A DNA stretch of 63,858 nucleotides, filler included, from Octopus bimaculoides (taxonomy: Eukaryota), in assembly GCF_001194135.2 (NCBI RefSeq). It is 6 parts of 6 records of this genome, joined end to end, with 100 filler letters (N's around TTAATTAATTAA, not from the genome) between each part and the next. Parts side by side here need not be neighbours in the genome. Positions count along the whole stretch, not along the records: positions 29,916 to 56,229 come from NC_068981.1; positions 56,330 to 58,587 come from NC_068982.1; positions 58,688 to 61,091 come from NC_069007.1; positions 61,192 to 63,858 come from NC_069008.1; 2 more parts are not named here. One strand, given 5' to 3'. The notes below the pieces were generated by a model. It saw only the letters and a list, made by a program, of their open reading frames with translations. It was not told the DNA's origin and made no database searches. The position numbers and the translations under genes were made by a program. This document shows, piece after piece, positions 46,881 to 61,546 of this stretch (its first letter is position 1; each line of letters opens with the position of its first letter).

Positions 46881-47708
46881 GGGGGGGGGATAATTTCGAT
46901 CAAAAGGGATCGCGGAAAAAAAAGGTGGGGATTTCGATCAAAAGGGATCGCGGGAGAAAAAAGAAAAAAAGAGAGATAGATAGATAGATAGATAGATAGA
47001 TAGGTAGGTATGTAGGTACGTACGTAGGTACGTACGTACGTACGTACAAACATACACACACAAAGATGCATAGATAGACAGACAGTTATGTATGTACACC
47101 TCATAGGTAGACACCATCATTTTTGAAAGTTTAGTTTTCCCTTCTTTAGATATTTGCTGATCGAGGAAGAGGTTTGCTTGTAGCGTGTCTATCGTAGTAC
47201 CTAAGTTGATGAAGGTACCTCACAGAAGTACTCTGACGTATTTGGTGAGGCTCTGCAACATTTATTGCCTTACAATGGTGCTTACTTTGAGCAATTTTTT
47301 TCACACCGCCAAAGACTTTTGTCAGGCATAGGTCGATCGGATAGAGATTGTGTTGATTCCTTTCTTTTATTTGTAAATTGTATAATCACTTATATGGCAA
47401 GAGGTATCCTAAGGTTTTGTGCAATTTTAGGAAGGCAAAGTCCATCTTAGAATGACCCACAATACGTCCTCTAAAAATCAGACAACCCTTCTGCTTGTGG
47501 TGTTCATGACATAGCTAGTTTCTATACTGCAATCTGGAATGAGAAATAATAATACATGAATAAGTTTCAAGCACCAGCTAATTTCTGCACAGATAAAACG
47601 GTCCAAAGAGGGATTGGGCTATCTAGTTACTTTTTGAGATAATTATATGTGCAGAATTATATATATATATATATGTGTGTGTGTATGTATATATATCAAC
47701 CTAAACTT

Positions 47709-47748
<40 letters not shown>

Positions 47749-47784
47749 TATATATTTATATTTTTATATATATATATATGTAAG

Positions 47785-47815
<31 letters not shown>

Positions 47816-47996
47816 GTGTATATTTATATATTTATATATAGGTATACATATACTTTCATAGATTAGTGTAGACCTAGAAAATAGTCTTTAAATAAATAAA
47901 TCTTTCCTAGATATTCATGAAACCCTCCTGCACCTAGTATTTGCTAATATCCAGCCTGTGTATACATACATACATACATACATATATATATATATA

Positions 47997-48056
<60 letters not shown>

Positions 48057-50259
48057 TGTGTGTGTTTATATCCTTTGCACAACTCATGCCATTGGTGTTT
48101 GACTTGCGCATATAACGTCGCAAAATCACTTTCATGTTTTCTGATTACCTTCTATTCATTTTCAGCCCGATGTTATGGTCGTTTGAATAACCACCGCGAA
48201 TGTCATCCATTTAACTTTTTTCTTCCTTTCTTTCGCTATACATGCATGTTATCATTTCTATGGGGGAGTTTGTTTTTATTTTTTGCATGAATTCATACAA
48301 CGCCTCTTTTTTAGTATCTCATCAATGAATACATTTCTTTTTAACACGTGGTTGTTCTCTAATGAATATCGTATTCTTAAATCTTATTTTATTCTGTTGT
48401 GTTAACATTTAGTGAAGAAGATATAACCGAACATCCCACTATAGATTTTCTTCGCTTTTTGCGAGATCAATATATCATTAGTGTACCTACGCAGTGTTCG
48501 AGGTTTATATTACGTTACTCTACGTTACTCCTTGTTTGGTATTCCATTTTATTCTCCTTTCACGTGAGTGATAAATAAGTCGGACAATTTGTCACTCTGA
48601 TCTCTGCAACAGTTACTATTATCACCCAGATGCATCCTTGACATGTTGCCATATACATCAAACACCGTTGTTCTTTCTGTGACCTCTGAACTCTGCCTAT
48701 GTCGATCTAAACCTTCTAAAATTATGTTATTTTAACACTACCTTATGAAAATAACCCATCACATTTAAATTTGAACATATACATCATATATTTACATTGA
48801 AACTTACAGTATTTCAAGTCAGCCGACTAAACCACTCTTATGTCCACTTACCCACAGTGATTAATTCACTTATGATGTATGTGAAACAGCTAATCCGGTT
48901 ACCAAAAGCATGCTCTAAGATATTATCCTTCATATCTCTAAATCAAAGTATATAATAATTTATAAGTAATTTCAGTAATGCATGAGCACATACAAAGAAC
49001 ATGGCCTACGGGAAAACAATGAATAAACACATCCAAATCCACAAACCACCGCATCACTTTTAACTCCATCATTCGAAAAGATTAAAAGACATGCCTTCGC
49101 GTACTTTACGTATTACAAACTCTTCAACGTCAAAAGTTGCTAATGGTGCTTTTCGTTCCTTGCTAAAAGAATCCTTATAGGGACTGCGAAATCCTCCCAC
49201 TAAACAAACATCAACCAATCACTGAAGATCTTTCTTGGCAATATTCATTACACACTAAAAGCTACATCAGAAATCGTAGTAACCCTCTTCAGAGTCAGAA
49301 TATACTTCAGATTTGGTCATGTATTGTATTTCTGTAAAGCTGAAATGCCGGGGGACAATAGGTTGCTCCTACCGTTACTTAGACGGTGCTGTTGCTATTC
49401 TCATAAAAATCCAGAATCGCCAAACGAACGTCATTTGAGACTTACACAATGCAGCAAAATAATACAAAGGCACCTGGGCTTGTGAACGACGAAGTTACAT
49501 GTCCAATCTTGCAGATAAACAAGACACGCTGTCATCCCACTTCCTCGCCCCAAGGCCCATTACTAATTATTTTACGTATTTCATTCTTCTAAATGCGTGA
49601 AGGTGTCTGGAATAGAGGTTCGACACTCACAAACATACACCCTTCACACACACCCACACAAATTTATACATGTATGTATATGTACGCATGAATATATACA
49701 TATTAATTACAGGATACCTGGAACACTGGCACCATGCTACTATTCAGGGTCAGATTATAAGTGAGAACAATGGTGGCTAAAAGGTGGTTCTACACCCCTC
49801 AAAACTCTGAAGGTGCCGAATTAGGTCTCCACTGCTGGATGCAGTTTAAACTCATACCCAGAGAGACTTTCGAAATCAACTCTGGTCACCGTGATACAGG
49901 AGCCGCAAAGAAGAGATAAAATGGCTGCCTAAAGTAAAGGCACCGAGGAGTGCCTGCTACATTTATCGCCACCAGTGATCATACCTTGCCTCTGGTTGTG
50001 AAGTCACTGTCCTCCGAAAACCAGACTCCTCTGAATACACTCGCAGGAACATCCAAGCAGACAAAAGATTGGGGAAGAAAAACAAAGACACCGCAACCAA
50101 CCCTGATCAAACTACGTCCCATGTAGTCTCTGTAGTCGTGCCAGTTTGTTCCGAATCGGAATCCTTAGGCATCAGCAAGATTGCAACAGACGTGAACATC
50201 CTGCTCCGTAAACCTTCGTTCGCGAATCCAAGGGAACAAGATATATATGTACATACTTG

Positions 50260-50316
<57 letters not shown>

Positions 50317-53229
50317 ATGTGTGCGTGAGAAATATATTCGTTTAAGGGCTACAGAGCTCTGAGATCATAAAGAATATAAAATATTATAGACACACATATG
50401 TATGTGTAAGCACATATATGCACACTCATATTTACGTATGTGTGTGTGTGTGTTTGTGTGCGTGTAGAAAAGAACGTATAAAATATAACTGGAATAGAAA
50501 CACAAATTCAGTGAAAAGAAAATGATATAGTTTTTAAAGTTATAGAATCTACTGCTTTTACAACATACTTAGGTCAATAAATTATTTAATATTCAATAAA
50601 CTATTTTATTTATCCATTTATTGCATCATAACTGTTTGCGACATGATTAATCTCCATTCTTACAAAATTCACAAAATGCGTGCCTGAACAGATAAAGTTA
50701 TTAATTATTTCATGTAGGCTAAAGAGCAATGAGATGCGTTGGTAATATTAATGTATTTTATGTCATCAAAATAATAGGTTTGATTCCCAGCTGGTGTGGA
50801 ATCGATACTCTGTTATTATTTCTCGTGATGTTAATTCTATATGCTTATGTATATAGAATTTAACAACATACACACCAATATATATATANNNNNNNNNNNN
50901 NNNNNNNNNNNNNNNNNNNNNNNNNNNNNNNNNNNNNNNNNNNNNNNNNNNNNNNNNNNNNNNNNNNNNNNNNNNNNNNNNNNNNNNNNNNNNNNNNNNN
51001 NNNNNNNNNNNNNNNNNNNNNNNNNNNNNNNNNNNNNNNNNNNNNNNNNNNNNNNNNNNNNNNNNNNNNNNNNNNNNNNNNNNNATATATATATATATAT
51101 ATATATATATAGATACGTAAATATATATGTATAAATAATCGAACAGTTGACTCCCCATGCCACGAAACCAATGAGAGAGTTCAATATACATACGTGCACA
51201 TACATATATGTATGTGCGCGTGTGTGTATAAGTGTATGTGCGTGTGTGTGTGTGTGTGTACACTGCGTGTGTAACCTCTGTTAGTACTCTTGACACATTC
51301 TTATAAACTAATAGTACTTTGAGGCGTCTCATAACATACCAGAAGTAGAGAAATGAGCTCAAACTTAAGGTATATTTACTTTTGAAGGCAATAGACATTG
51401 CCAAATAATCGAAACATTTAAAGACTCAATGTTACCTCTTCAAAACACTTAATAGCCATATGTTGTGATAAGGTTACTTGGCTAAAATTGAGCAAATGAT
51501 TATGTTAATGAACTTTAATCACGCATACGTATGCCTCCCAAAATTCTATGAGAAACAGCACCTAAGTGCCCCTGCATGAAATGAGGTCGCAGCCTGTAAT
51601 TCTTATTGATTTGGTCGCTTTTTGAAGATTCTCGAATATAATTTGTGGGTTATTTCTAGACTTTTCTGATAAAGCAGACTGCAGTAGTGGAATAAAATGT
51701 CCAAAACCCCAAACGTTACCTAGTCTTAATGTAAGGCAATATCATTTTCAGTAAATTGATGCATAATTTCCGTAATTTTGTTATTGAGAAAGTCAGTAAC
51801 AAGAATATTTTCTGTTCTTCCTAGCTGTACACTATGGTATTGATGCTAACCTCAACAGATCTCTCAGTATAAGCATTTATCATGAAATTATCTTAACTCT
51901 TCCGAATATTTTACACAGACGTTTTGCATTCTCCCTACTTTGGCCGACTCAGAAATGTCACTGATGTATAGTATCTTTGCAGAACCTCACGACATGGATT
52001 CTTTGACTGTCTGTTCATTCACTTATCCTTAACTTTATCCGAAGTTCCTTCAATATTATCTGTATATTTTTTGAATGACCCTAATAGCTGTTTATCATGG
52101 CTACTTTTCCTTTTCATAAGTGTTTATATGCAACGATAAAAGGAGATCTCGTTATTATAAATTACTCTCTAATCTATGGGATAGAAAAATGTGACGTTTA
52201 GTGCTAGATAAACTACCTAGACCGAAATATTAGTTTCAATAGTGTAGCGTGTTTGTGGTAGGCTGGTGCTTTTTTCAATTAGCATCTCATGTCCGAAGCA
52301 ATGGATTAAAGATGCTGTTCTTCGTAAAATGCTCTTCATTGTATCTTTTTGCTTCTAGAAAAAAATATAAAAAGAGAAGAAAAATTATAAGCAAATACAT
52401 ATTTGATACTCCCTTCATTCGGTCCTGGCAAATGATACACAATGAACTCAGGTTGAAGTCTCCTGAAGCCATACCACCATGTATTACTGTTAAACGGTAT
52501 TGTCATGACCTTGAATTCAGAAGTGTTATTTTCTTGAAAGATAAAAGTGTGGATGACATTAATTCTTAGAAAAGATCTGTTTCATATGTATCGCGTAAAA
52601 GTCGGAAAAGATTGTTGCTACGTTAGAGGATCCTCTTATCTGTAGAGCATAGGAAAATGATGCACCGCACAAACACATACTGCTTAAGATTTCTGTCGCT
52701 TCAATCTCTCAAATGCTCCATTGTAAAAAGTTACATTGTGTTTTGTCGATCATTCTTGTATTGAGCCTATGTTCTATTTTTCTCAAAAATTTACTCGTTA
52801 ATCAAAGCGTCTTTGTGCTGATAGCAAGGTCGAGATAGCAGAAATGTTTATTTTGTCTCTTATTTGATGATCATTTAAACGTTGATATGATAAAATTTAA
52901 AGACATATCCAAATACAATGACTTCTGCGAGTTGCAGTTGTACATCAAGAATGATGATTTTACTCGTCACGTTACATGAACGTTCAACACTTATAGCTGT
53001 ATGTTGTTTCCCACTGACGGTGAACGAAATGTGGATGATCACTTTCAGCGTATGCAAGAATAAGTGTGCGAGTGAATCATAGTCTCTCAAAAGTTAGCAT
53101 ACAGTTATTATAGTAATATAATGCTATCCCGCTGAGAAAATTTCTCAAAGAAATAAGGTCACTCTGTCAGTAGCAATATACAAAGTATTACTACACAAGC
53201 ACATATAAGTAAATCAAAGAGTATCAAAG

Positions 53230-53447
53230 ACCCTTCTCGAGCCATAGGCTCGAATAGCCGGTTTTCAGGATTATGTGGCGTATATAACACCCCTTTGTCA
53301 GGACGCCGGTCTATCGCAGGATGACTTGTTATTGGGAGCTGAGTGGATCCAGGCAACGAGAAAGAACGTGTTTTGGTCAAGAACATAACAGGTCGTCCGG
53401 TACAAGAATCTTACGATTATGAGTGCAATACCCTAACACACACACAC
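53230..53447 (-). mobile_element. SINE family E, degraded
   Basis: ggacgccggtctatcgcagg...gagctgagtgga...gtgttttggtcaagaacataac. Confidence 0.65.
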
Positions 53448-53580
53448 ACACACACACATGCACACACACACATATGTATATAGGTATGTATGTATATTGC
53501 CCGATTTAGATAGAAATATGTAACAAATCCGTAGAATAAAATTCAAATTATATTACAAAACCACTTTCTTTTATTCAATT

Positions 53581-53737
53581 CTATCGATCCTAGTACTTGA
53601 CAGGTAGTAATTTCATCGAATCCGAATGAATAAAAAGTAAAGTCGACCTCGATGGAATTTGAACTCAGTACATAAAAGCAGATGAAATGCTGCTATGCAT
53701 TTTATCTGGTGCGCTGCCAATTCTTCCAACCATCGTC
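53581..53737 (-). mobile_element. SINE family A, degraded
   Basis: aaagtcgacctcgatggaatttgaactcag. Confidence 0.7.
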
Positions 53738-54981
53738 ATAAAAAATTATGTAATATTAATACTTGTGTATTTATCTTCCGCAAAAGTGATGGGGTCCTAT
53801 CTTATTTAAAAAAAAAACAAAAAAACTTGTTGCAATCTCACTCGAAGTTAAAATTAAGTACTCAAAATGCTAAGATACCTACCAATGCAATATGCTTGCT
53901 ACATAAAGGGAAAAAATGAAACGAACTGAAGTGAGCTTGAATGAAAGTTATTGACAGTAATCCATGAGAGGTTAGCTTCTTATCCTCTCGATGTTGCTGG
54001 GGTTCTCGTTAAATCAGTGCATGTCAGTTTACTGTGTAATATACCTGATTAGGTTTTAAACAAGTTTCACTGGACCATTACATCACGTTCTGTAAATGAA
54101 GTTTGAGCGTATCTTTCCGCGGTAAAATTCTGAATACTCTACGTGTTTGTCAACATCATCTCTAACATGTTGTATAAGTCATTGCTGCATAATGGCGTAT
54201 CTAGCCTAAAGTTGATTTGCATTAATAAATTTTGCTCACTTATCATGAAATATCGAGGTTCTTATGAAGAGTACGAATCGATCTTTGATATATACAATCC
54301 AATAACAGCAATGAATTGTCACCAGTTATTATATTCTTGTCAGCAATACCTGAACGCAATAGCAATGGACGATGTAGTCAAAATTTATGATGCATGACGT
54401 TGAGTTTCTTCTTTGCACTAAAATAATATTAAATTCAATGCTCAAACGCGGAAAACTTACTTCTGTACCATTTGAACCACATTCCTAAAAGCATTTAATG
54501 GCTAGTATTCTTTGTTCTTCGTTACGTCGGAAAGCCAAGTCTTATAATTCTGGAAGAAAAATCATTAATGACCATTCCTATTTCCTATCGAATGATTACT
54601 AGCTTTTATTAATATCGTTTTCTGGGAATATATATATATATANNNNNNNNNNNNNNNNNNNNNNNNNNNNNNNNNNNNNNNNNNNNNNNNNNNNNNNNNN
54701 NNNNNNNNNNNNNNNNNNNNNNNNNNNNNNNNNNNNNNNNNNNNNNNNNNNNNNNNNNNNNNNNNNNNNNNNNNNNNNNNNNNNNNNNNNNNNNNNNNNN
54801 NNNNNNNNCTTTAAACATCTTTAATGATTCGTTACAATTCTTTATGTACCAACTCTGCTTGCAACGCCAAGTTGCACAATAATTCAAAGGGAAAAGTTAC
54901 ATAATGTTTGTGGTTTTAGTCATTAAAGCGGCACTTCTCAGACTAGCATCAGAGGTTCGCCCTCACATTGTACGTCTTATA

Positions 54982-55048
<67 letters not shown>

Positions 55049-55299
55049 GAAAGGTAATCTTGATCCCCCAACTTAATGTAGAGGCTGTGTTATAACACAG
55101 AACGCTGCGTTATTTACATTCTGGCGATATCTGATAAGGACGTGTGATACATAAAAGCTTCCACCATTATATCAATGACAGGAGAGAATTGTCTGCTACG
55201 GCCGCTGGAACAGCCAGATCACGTAGATTCACTGTTTCTATGTGCGTATATGTATCACTTAGTAAGAATTCGTGGTTACAGAAAATTTTGGCACGAAGC

Positions 55300-55465
55300 C
55301 AACAGTTCCAGCGGGAGAGGAAAAGAGTTGAACTGCTTCTTATTCTATCAGTTTTGAAAGGATGGAAAGCAAAGTTGATCTCAGCGAAATGGAGCCGAGT
55401 ACATAAACAGGTAGAAGAAAAACCGCCGAGCATTTTGTCCGACGTTCTAACGTTTCTGCCATATT
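55300..55465 (-). mobile_element. SINE family A, degraded but CpG-retaining
   Basis: aaaccgccgagcattttgtccgacgttctaacgtttctgcc. Confidence 0.65.
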
Positions 55466-56047
55466 ACTGCCTAGAAAATGAAATATAATCATAGCTAAGA
55501 TTAAAGGTTAGCGGACTATATAATCTTCTCATGCATAAGAAGTTAAGTATATATTAACATTTCATATATCTCCTCGTTCGTAACAAGACCACGATTTACG
55601 TTGTGCAAAATGAAAGTGGTGTAACATTGAAACTGAGCTAAAGGAAATATATTAATATGATACAAAAACAAAACGTCTCAGCAATAGGTCTAGATCCAAA
55701 TAGTGGTTTTCTTCTCAGCTGTTAATATTGACATAACTGTACAAACTACAATACCTCATTGTAGTTTCTACAGCTCTCCTCGAGAAATCTATAACTGTTC
55801 AATAGATATTACAATATTTGTAAATTGTAAATTAAACAGTAAAATATATTTGTTCTTTCTTTTTGTATTTTCGTAAGATGGTTTATTTGCCTTATCTACA
55901 TTTTGTTTGATATGTGACAACCTTTTCATTTATACCATAGATCAAGGATGTGTGGAGCATATGAACATATCTTGACAACACACACACACTCACACAAACA
56001 CACACACACTCACACAAACACACACACAGACATACATACACCACTCA

Positions 56048-56229
<182 letters not shown>

Positions 56230-56273
56230 NNNNNNNNNNNNNNNNNNNNNNNNNNNNNNNNNNNNNNNNNNNN

Positions 56274-56285
56274 TTAATTAATTAA
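56274..56285. other. assembly gap linker TTAATTAATTAA
   Basis: 44 N on each side. Confidence 0.95.
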
Positions 56286-56467
56286 NNNNNNNNNNNNNNN
56301 NNNNNNNNNNNNNNNNNNNNNNNNNNNNNGTACCAGTTGAACACTGGGGTCGATGTAAATGACTTACTCCTCCCCCAAAATTACTGGCCTTGTGCCAAAA
56401 TTTGAAGCTAATACTGTCTATGACTTAGCTGATGGTCTACACTTATTGTAAATTGTTCTTTGAAACA

Positions 56468-56523
<56 letters not shown>

Positions 56524-57524
56524 TGTTATTATTATTATGTTAATAACTTCTTTCTAAAATGTGTACAAACACATCTCCATTTACATCTGTAATATGTTCC
56601 AAGACATAAATTCCGCTGACGTCGACTTTGAGATATACCTGTGTATTAGTCGATAAATCAAGTACCAGTTGCGTACTGAGATCGATCTAATCGACTGCCC
56701 CCACCACCCCACCAAAAAATTTCAAGCCTTGTGCCTAGAGTAGAAAAGAATATGTTCTATGACATGCCGAAAATAACGTTAAACGAAATAACATTTAAAA
56801 GAATTTATTTGCTTATATGTTTTAATAAATGGTTTGTACATATTTTCACATCAACTTTATTTGATTTTCCCCTTCAGTATTGTCTTTTAGGTGGGGTTTT
56901 TCTTTTTTCTTTTCTTTTGTTTTTCTTCTTTTCTTTTATGCTTCAAATATGCTCGTTGAGGCCGACGTAAAGTAGGATAAATTGACTGAAGTTAAATTAA
57001 TTTCTTAAGAAAAAAAAGCGTAAAGTCAAAAAAGCCGTAACTCAAAACGACGTACGTTGAGATATACCTGTGTATTAATTTATTGTTATTTTTATATAAT
57101 TTGTTAATTTTAATTTTTTCCGTATAGGTTGGTATGTTCAAATTGTTTCTTATATCTTGTTTATTAGTGTATAACATCTTACGTTGCGTTATGTATTTTA
57201 ATAAGTTGTATGTTAAATTGGGAATATTCATGTTCAGGATTGGCATATATCATGAGCATGAATGTGATGTGTCCATATATGATAACACCTTGCTATCTTG
57301 TTTTGTAAGTAGCTTTACGTACTTGTGTTACTAGTAAGAAACAAAAGAATTCATTATATAAAAAACAAGTAAATGTTTAATAAGATAGGTTATAATTCCT
57401 TTTGACAGCATTCTGATATTCAGAGATCTATTCCTTCACCCGTGGTTATTCCGCATGCTCACACACACCACACATACACACATATATACACAGATGCACA
57501 CACAAAACCACACATGCATTCTTT

Positions 57525-58040
57525 CAACTGGTATTCTTTTTTGATTCTTTTACTTGTTTCAGTCATAAGACTAAGGCCATGCTGGGGTGCCGTCTTGGGG
57601 AATTTTAGTCGAACGAAACGACCCCAGTACTTATTCTGTCGGTTTCTTTTGCTGAACCGCTAGATAACGGAGACATAAACATGTCATCACCGATTGTCAG
57701 TCGGTGGCGGGTAACAAACACAGGCACAAAGAAACACACACACACACACATATATATAGGAGAATGTACGAAAAAAAAACAACAACAGACGAGGACAGGT
57801 GGTGTAAACAACAAAAGGATGTATTAGTTTGACGCTCGGGAATATAGAAAGTCTTTAACGTTTCGAGCTACGCTCTTCAACACGACGGGCTTCTTTCAGT
57901 TTCCGCCTACCAAATCAACTCACAAGGTTTTGGTCGACCCGGGGTTACAGTAGGACACTCAAGGGGCCACGCAGAGGGACAGAACCCAGAACCATGTGGT
58001 TGGGAAGCAAACTTCTTACCACACAGCCACGTTTGCGCCT
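57525..58040 (-). mobile_element. SINE family C with nested ~125-bp element (57760-57884) in its central microsatellite
   Basis: Both SINE halves present; the insert matches 40295-40432. Confidence 0.8.
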
Positions 58041-58063
58041 ATGCAAAACCAAATGTGTCCAAT

Positions 58064-58103
<40 letters not shown>

Positions 58104-58631
58104 CCATGGTGCAATAGTACGAATGTCCAAAATGAAGTCTTATCCTCTTATGGTACATAAACAAGTACTCGTAATGTGTGCTAAATGTACTCTAAAAAAC
58201 ATCTCTCATCACATGGTGAAGAATTAGTTTGACAACGTGTGATTATCATTACATGAGTAATTAAGCGGAAGTGTAATCGTTAATCATTATTGATACACGT
58301 AATTTAACCCACAGGCATAACTCTCCGAGTGATAAAATCCTTGTATGAGAATAATCCCATTTAATCGAACGCTGCCATAATCCCGTGAGATAATAGACTC
58401 TGGCAAATCGTTATCTTCTTTGCTGTAGCGACTATGAATATTAGCTTCGGATGAATACTTACTTTAAACCGAAAGAAATTCTATATAACAGTACTATTAT
58501 TTCTTTTATAAACGTCACACATACATGTATATTTAAATATATATATGTATGTATGTTGTATGTATATATAATATATATATATATATANNNNNNNNNNNNN
58601 NNNNNNNNNNNNNNNNNNNNNNNNNNNNNNN

Positions 58632-58643
58632 TTAATTAATTAA
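58632..58643. other. assembly gap linker TTAATTAATTAA
   Basis: 44 N on each side. Confidence 0.95.
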
Positions 58644-58726
58644 NNNNNNNNNNNNNNNNNNNNNNNNNNNNNNNNNNNNNNNNNNNNTATATATGTATAT
58701 ATACGTGTGTGTACGTATGAATTTGA

Positions 58727-58772
<46 letters not shown>

Positions 58773-59169
58773 TGTACAATTGGCCGCTATAGTACTGCAT
58801 CGATATCTTTCAGGGTGCACCTATCAGACCAACACTATACAGTGAACAGTAGAATAAAGAGCAGATAGTAGTACATAGTAACTTGTTAGAACCAGGTTAG
58901 AGTTTCTAAAAATAAATAATCGATATCAGATCGAGCATATGCATATAAGTGCAGTAATATCGTTATTACTGCACATATAACATGAGTTGGGATAACTACG
59001 GAGTTCTGCATATGGCATAGTTGCACAGGATATAAAATGTGTGGACGCATTTGGGGCACTTTCGTCCGCTGCTTATTATCAATTTTACTATATAACATTG
59101 ATTGAAGAATCCTCAGTGATGTGTGTGTGAGTGTACGTGTGTGTATGTGTGTGTATACTACGGTTTACT

Positions 59170-59400
59170 ATTTTCAGTTGTTAGATTGCGGCCATACTGG
59201 AGCACTGATTTTAAGAATTTCAGTCTTACGAATCGACCTCAATACATATTATTCTTTGTAAAGCCTGAATCTTATTCTATCGAAATCTTTTGAAAAACTG
59301 CTAAGTTATGGGGACGTAAATACACCAACACCGGTTGTTAAGCGGTGGTGACAGACAAACGCACACACTCTGAGACACACAGAATGATATATATATATAT
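59170..59400 (-). mobile_element. SINE family C, 3' half
   Basis: gcggccatactggagcact...ctaagttatggggacgtaaatacacc. Confidence 0.75.
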
Positions 59401-60773
59401 ANNNNNNNNNNNNNNNNNNNNNNNNNNNNNNNNNNNNNNNNNNNNNNNNNNNNNNNNNNNNNNNNNNNNNNNNNNNNNNNNNNNNNNNNNNNNNNNNNNN
59501 NNNNNNNNNNNNNNNNNNNNNNNNNNNNNNNNNNNNNNNNNNNNNNNNNNNNNNNNNNNNNNNNNNNNNNNNNNNNNNNNNNNNNNNNNNNNNNNNNNNN
59601 NNNNNNNNNNNNNNNNNNNNNNNNNNNNNNNNNNNNNNNNNNNNNNNNNNNNNNNNNNNNNNNNNNNNNNNNNNNNNNNNNNNNNNNNNNNNNNNNNNNN
59701 NNNNNNNNNNNNNNNNNNNNNNNNNNNNNNNNNNNNNNNNNNNNNNNNNNNNNNNNNNNNNNNNNNNNNNNNNNNNNNNNNNNNNNNNNNNNNNNNNNNN
59801 NNNNNNNNNNNNNNNNNNNNNNNNNNNNNNNNNNNNNNNNNNNNNNNNNNNNNNNNNNNNNNNNNNNNNNNNNNNNNNNNNNNNNNNNNNNNNNNNNNNN
59901 NNNNNNNNNNNNNNNNNNNNNNNNNNNNNNNNNNNNNNNNNNNNNNNNNNNNNNNNNNNNNNNNNNNNNNNNNNNNNNNNNNNNNNNNNNNNNNNNNNNN
60001 NNNNNNNNNNNNNNNNNNNNNNNNNNNNNNNNNNNNNNNNNNNNNNNNNNNNNNNNNNNNNNNNNNNNNNNNNNNNNNNNNNNNNNNNNNNNNNNNNNNN
60101 NNNNNNNNNNNNNNNNNNNNNNNNNNNNNNNNNNNNNNNNNNNNNNNNNNNNNNNNNNNNNNNNNNNNNNNNNNNNNNNNNNNNNNNNNNNNNNNNNNNN
60201 NNNNNNNNNNNNNNNNNNNNNNNNNNNNNNNNNNNNNNNNNNNNNNNNNNNNNNNNNNNNNNNNNNNNNNNGGCGCACTTTCGGAATAGCCCACCAACAT
60301 AAGTTGGATTTTCTCCGCTTTAATGGGGATTTTTCAAACCTTTTGTCATCAATCCCTTACAAACGATGTAGGAAAGTTCTTTACGAAAGAAATTTTTGAA
60401 AATTTATGAATTTCAAACCTCGCTCCCTTGCTCAGTAACGATTTTGGCCATTAAAAAATTTTTTTTTTTTTTTTTTGGTGGGAAGCCTACCTCACAACCG
60501 ATGTTGATATGTTTACATCCCCGCAACCAAACATTTCGGAAAAAGAGACCGATAGATTAAGTACCTAGGTCAGTGGCAGATCTACCATAAAACTAACGAA
60601 GCTTAAGGGGCACATCTGAAGCAACTTAATTTTTTCATTCTATCAATTCTTTTGTTTTTGTAATTTGCCATACAGGTTGCTGTTACCAATCTTAGTAGAC
60701 ATATCATACTCCTACGCAGAGTCTAGACATGCATTGTTTAGCCACCAGTTGTCCACCTGCTGTTTCTGCCAGT

Positions 60774-61091
60774 GTTGTTATTGTTGTTGTTGGCACTCTG
60801 TCGCTTACGACGTCGTGGGTTCCAGTTGATCCGATCAACGGAACAGCCTGCTCGTGAAATTAACGTGCAAGTGGCTGAGCACTCCACAGACACGTGTACC
60901 CTTAACGTAGTTCTCGGGGAGATTCAGCGTGACACAGTGTGACAAGGCTGACCCTTTGAATTACAGGCACAACAGAAACAGGAAGTAAGAGTGAGAGAAA
61001 GTTGTGGTGAAAGAGTACAGCAGGGTTCACCACCATCCCCTGCCGGAGCCTCGTGGAGCTTTAGGTGTTTTCGCTCAATAAAAACTCACAA
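60774..61091 (-). mobile_element. SINE family D with (CAA)n tail, head lost in a gap
   Basis: Near-identical to the 24607 and 26344 copies. Confidence 0.9.
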
Positions 61092-61135
61092 NNNNNNNNN
61101 NNNNNNNNNNNNNNNNNNNNNNNNNNNNNNNNNNN

Positions 61136-61147
61136 TTAATTAATTAA
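61136..61147. other. assembly gap linker TTAATTAATTAA
   Basis: 44 N on each side. Confidence 0.95.
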
Positions 61148-61191
61148 NNNNNNNNNNNNNNNNNNNNNNNNNNNNNNNNNNNNNNNNNNNN

Positions 61192-61378
61192 CGTCTTTGA
61201 GGTCAAAATTTCCATTTTTGAACTTGGCATACCAATCACGACCGGTTCTTTCAGCTGTGGCACCCTCTCCATACACAACACAAATGTCGCGAGAAGCTTT
61301 TGCGGCCTTAGAACCTTGATTAAAAGCAAAAAGAAGGTGGTGTCGAAAATGCTCGCTTTCCTTAATTTGACATTCCAT
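61192..61378 (-). mobile_element. mariner transposase N-terminal HTH fragment
   Basis: MECQIKESEHFRHHLLFAFNQGSKAAKASRDICVVYGEGATAERTGRDWYAKFKNGNFDLKD; cut by a gap. Confidence 0.92.
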
Positions 61379-61420
61379 TTTAATGATCTGAAAATAAACA
61401 AAAATTAACTAAAATTAACC

Positions 61421-61546
61421 AGAAAAGCACTCGGAGAGCGCAGACCTCCGCCAAGCAGCTCATTTCCACCCATTTCCACGCATGCTGAAAATCGCCCAAT
61501 TTCCCAAACCAACGCCGGCAAAAACGTAACCTCCTTGGCGGGGTTA
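61421..61546 (+). mobile_element. short Helentron/DINE-1-like element
   Basis: gagagcgcagacctccgccaag ... aacctccttggcggggtt subterminal IR; same start as 25095. Confidence 0.5.

Noticed and set aside
48900-49560. Possible CR1/L2 RT remnant
   Set aside because: Only faint resemblance with many stops; cannot be supported without an alignment.
54143-54397. 84-aa ORF, and similar 70-106 aa ORFs at 52249 and 52875
   Set aside because: Non-ATG or weak starts, no domain motifs, composition like random AT-rich DNA.
58250-58420. Cluster of TAAT/TAATCC homeodomain-like sites
   Set aside because: Too common in AT-rich DNA to call without conservation data.
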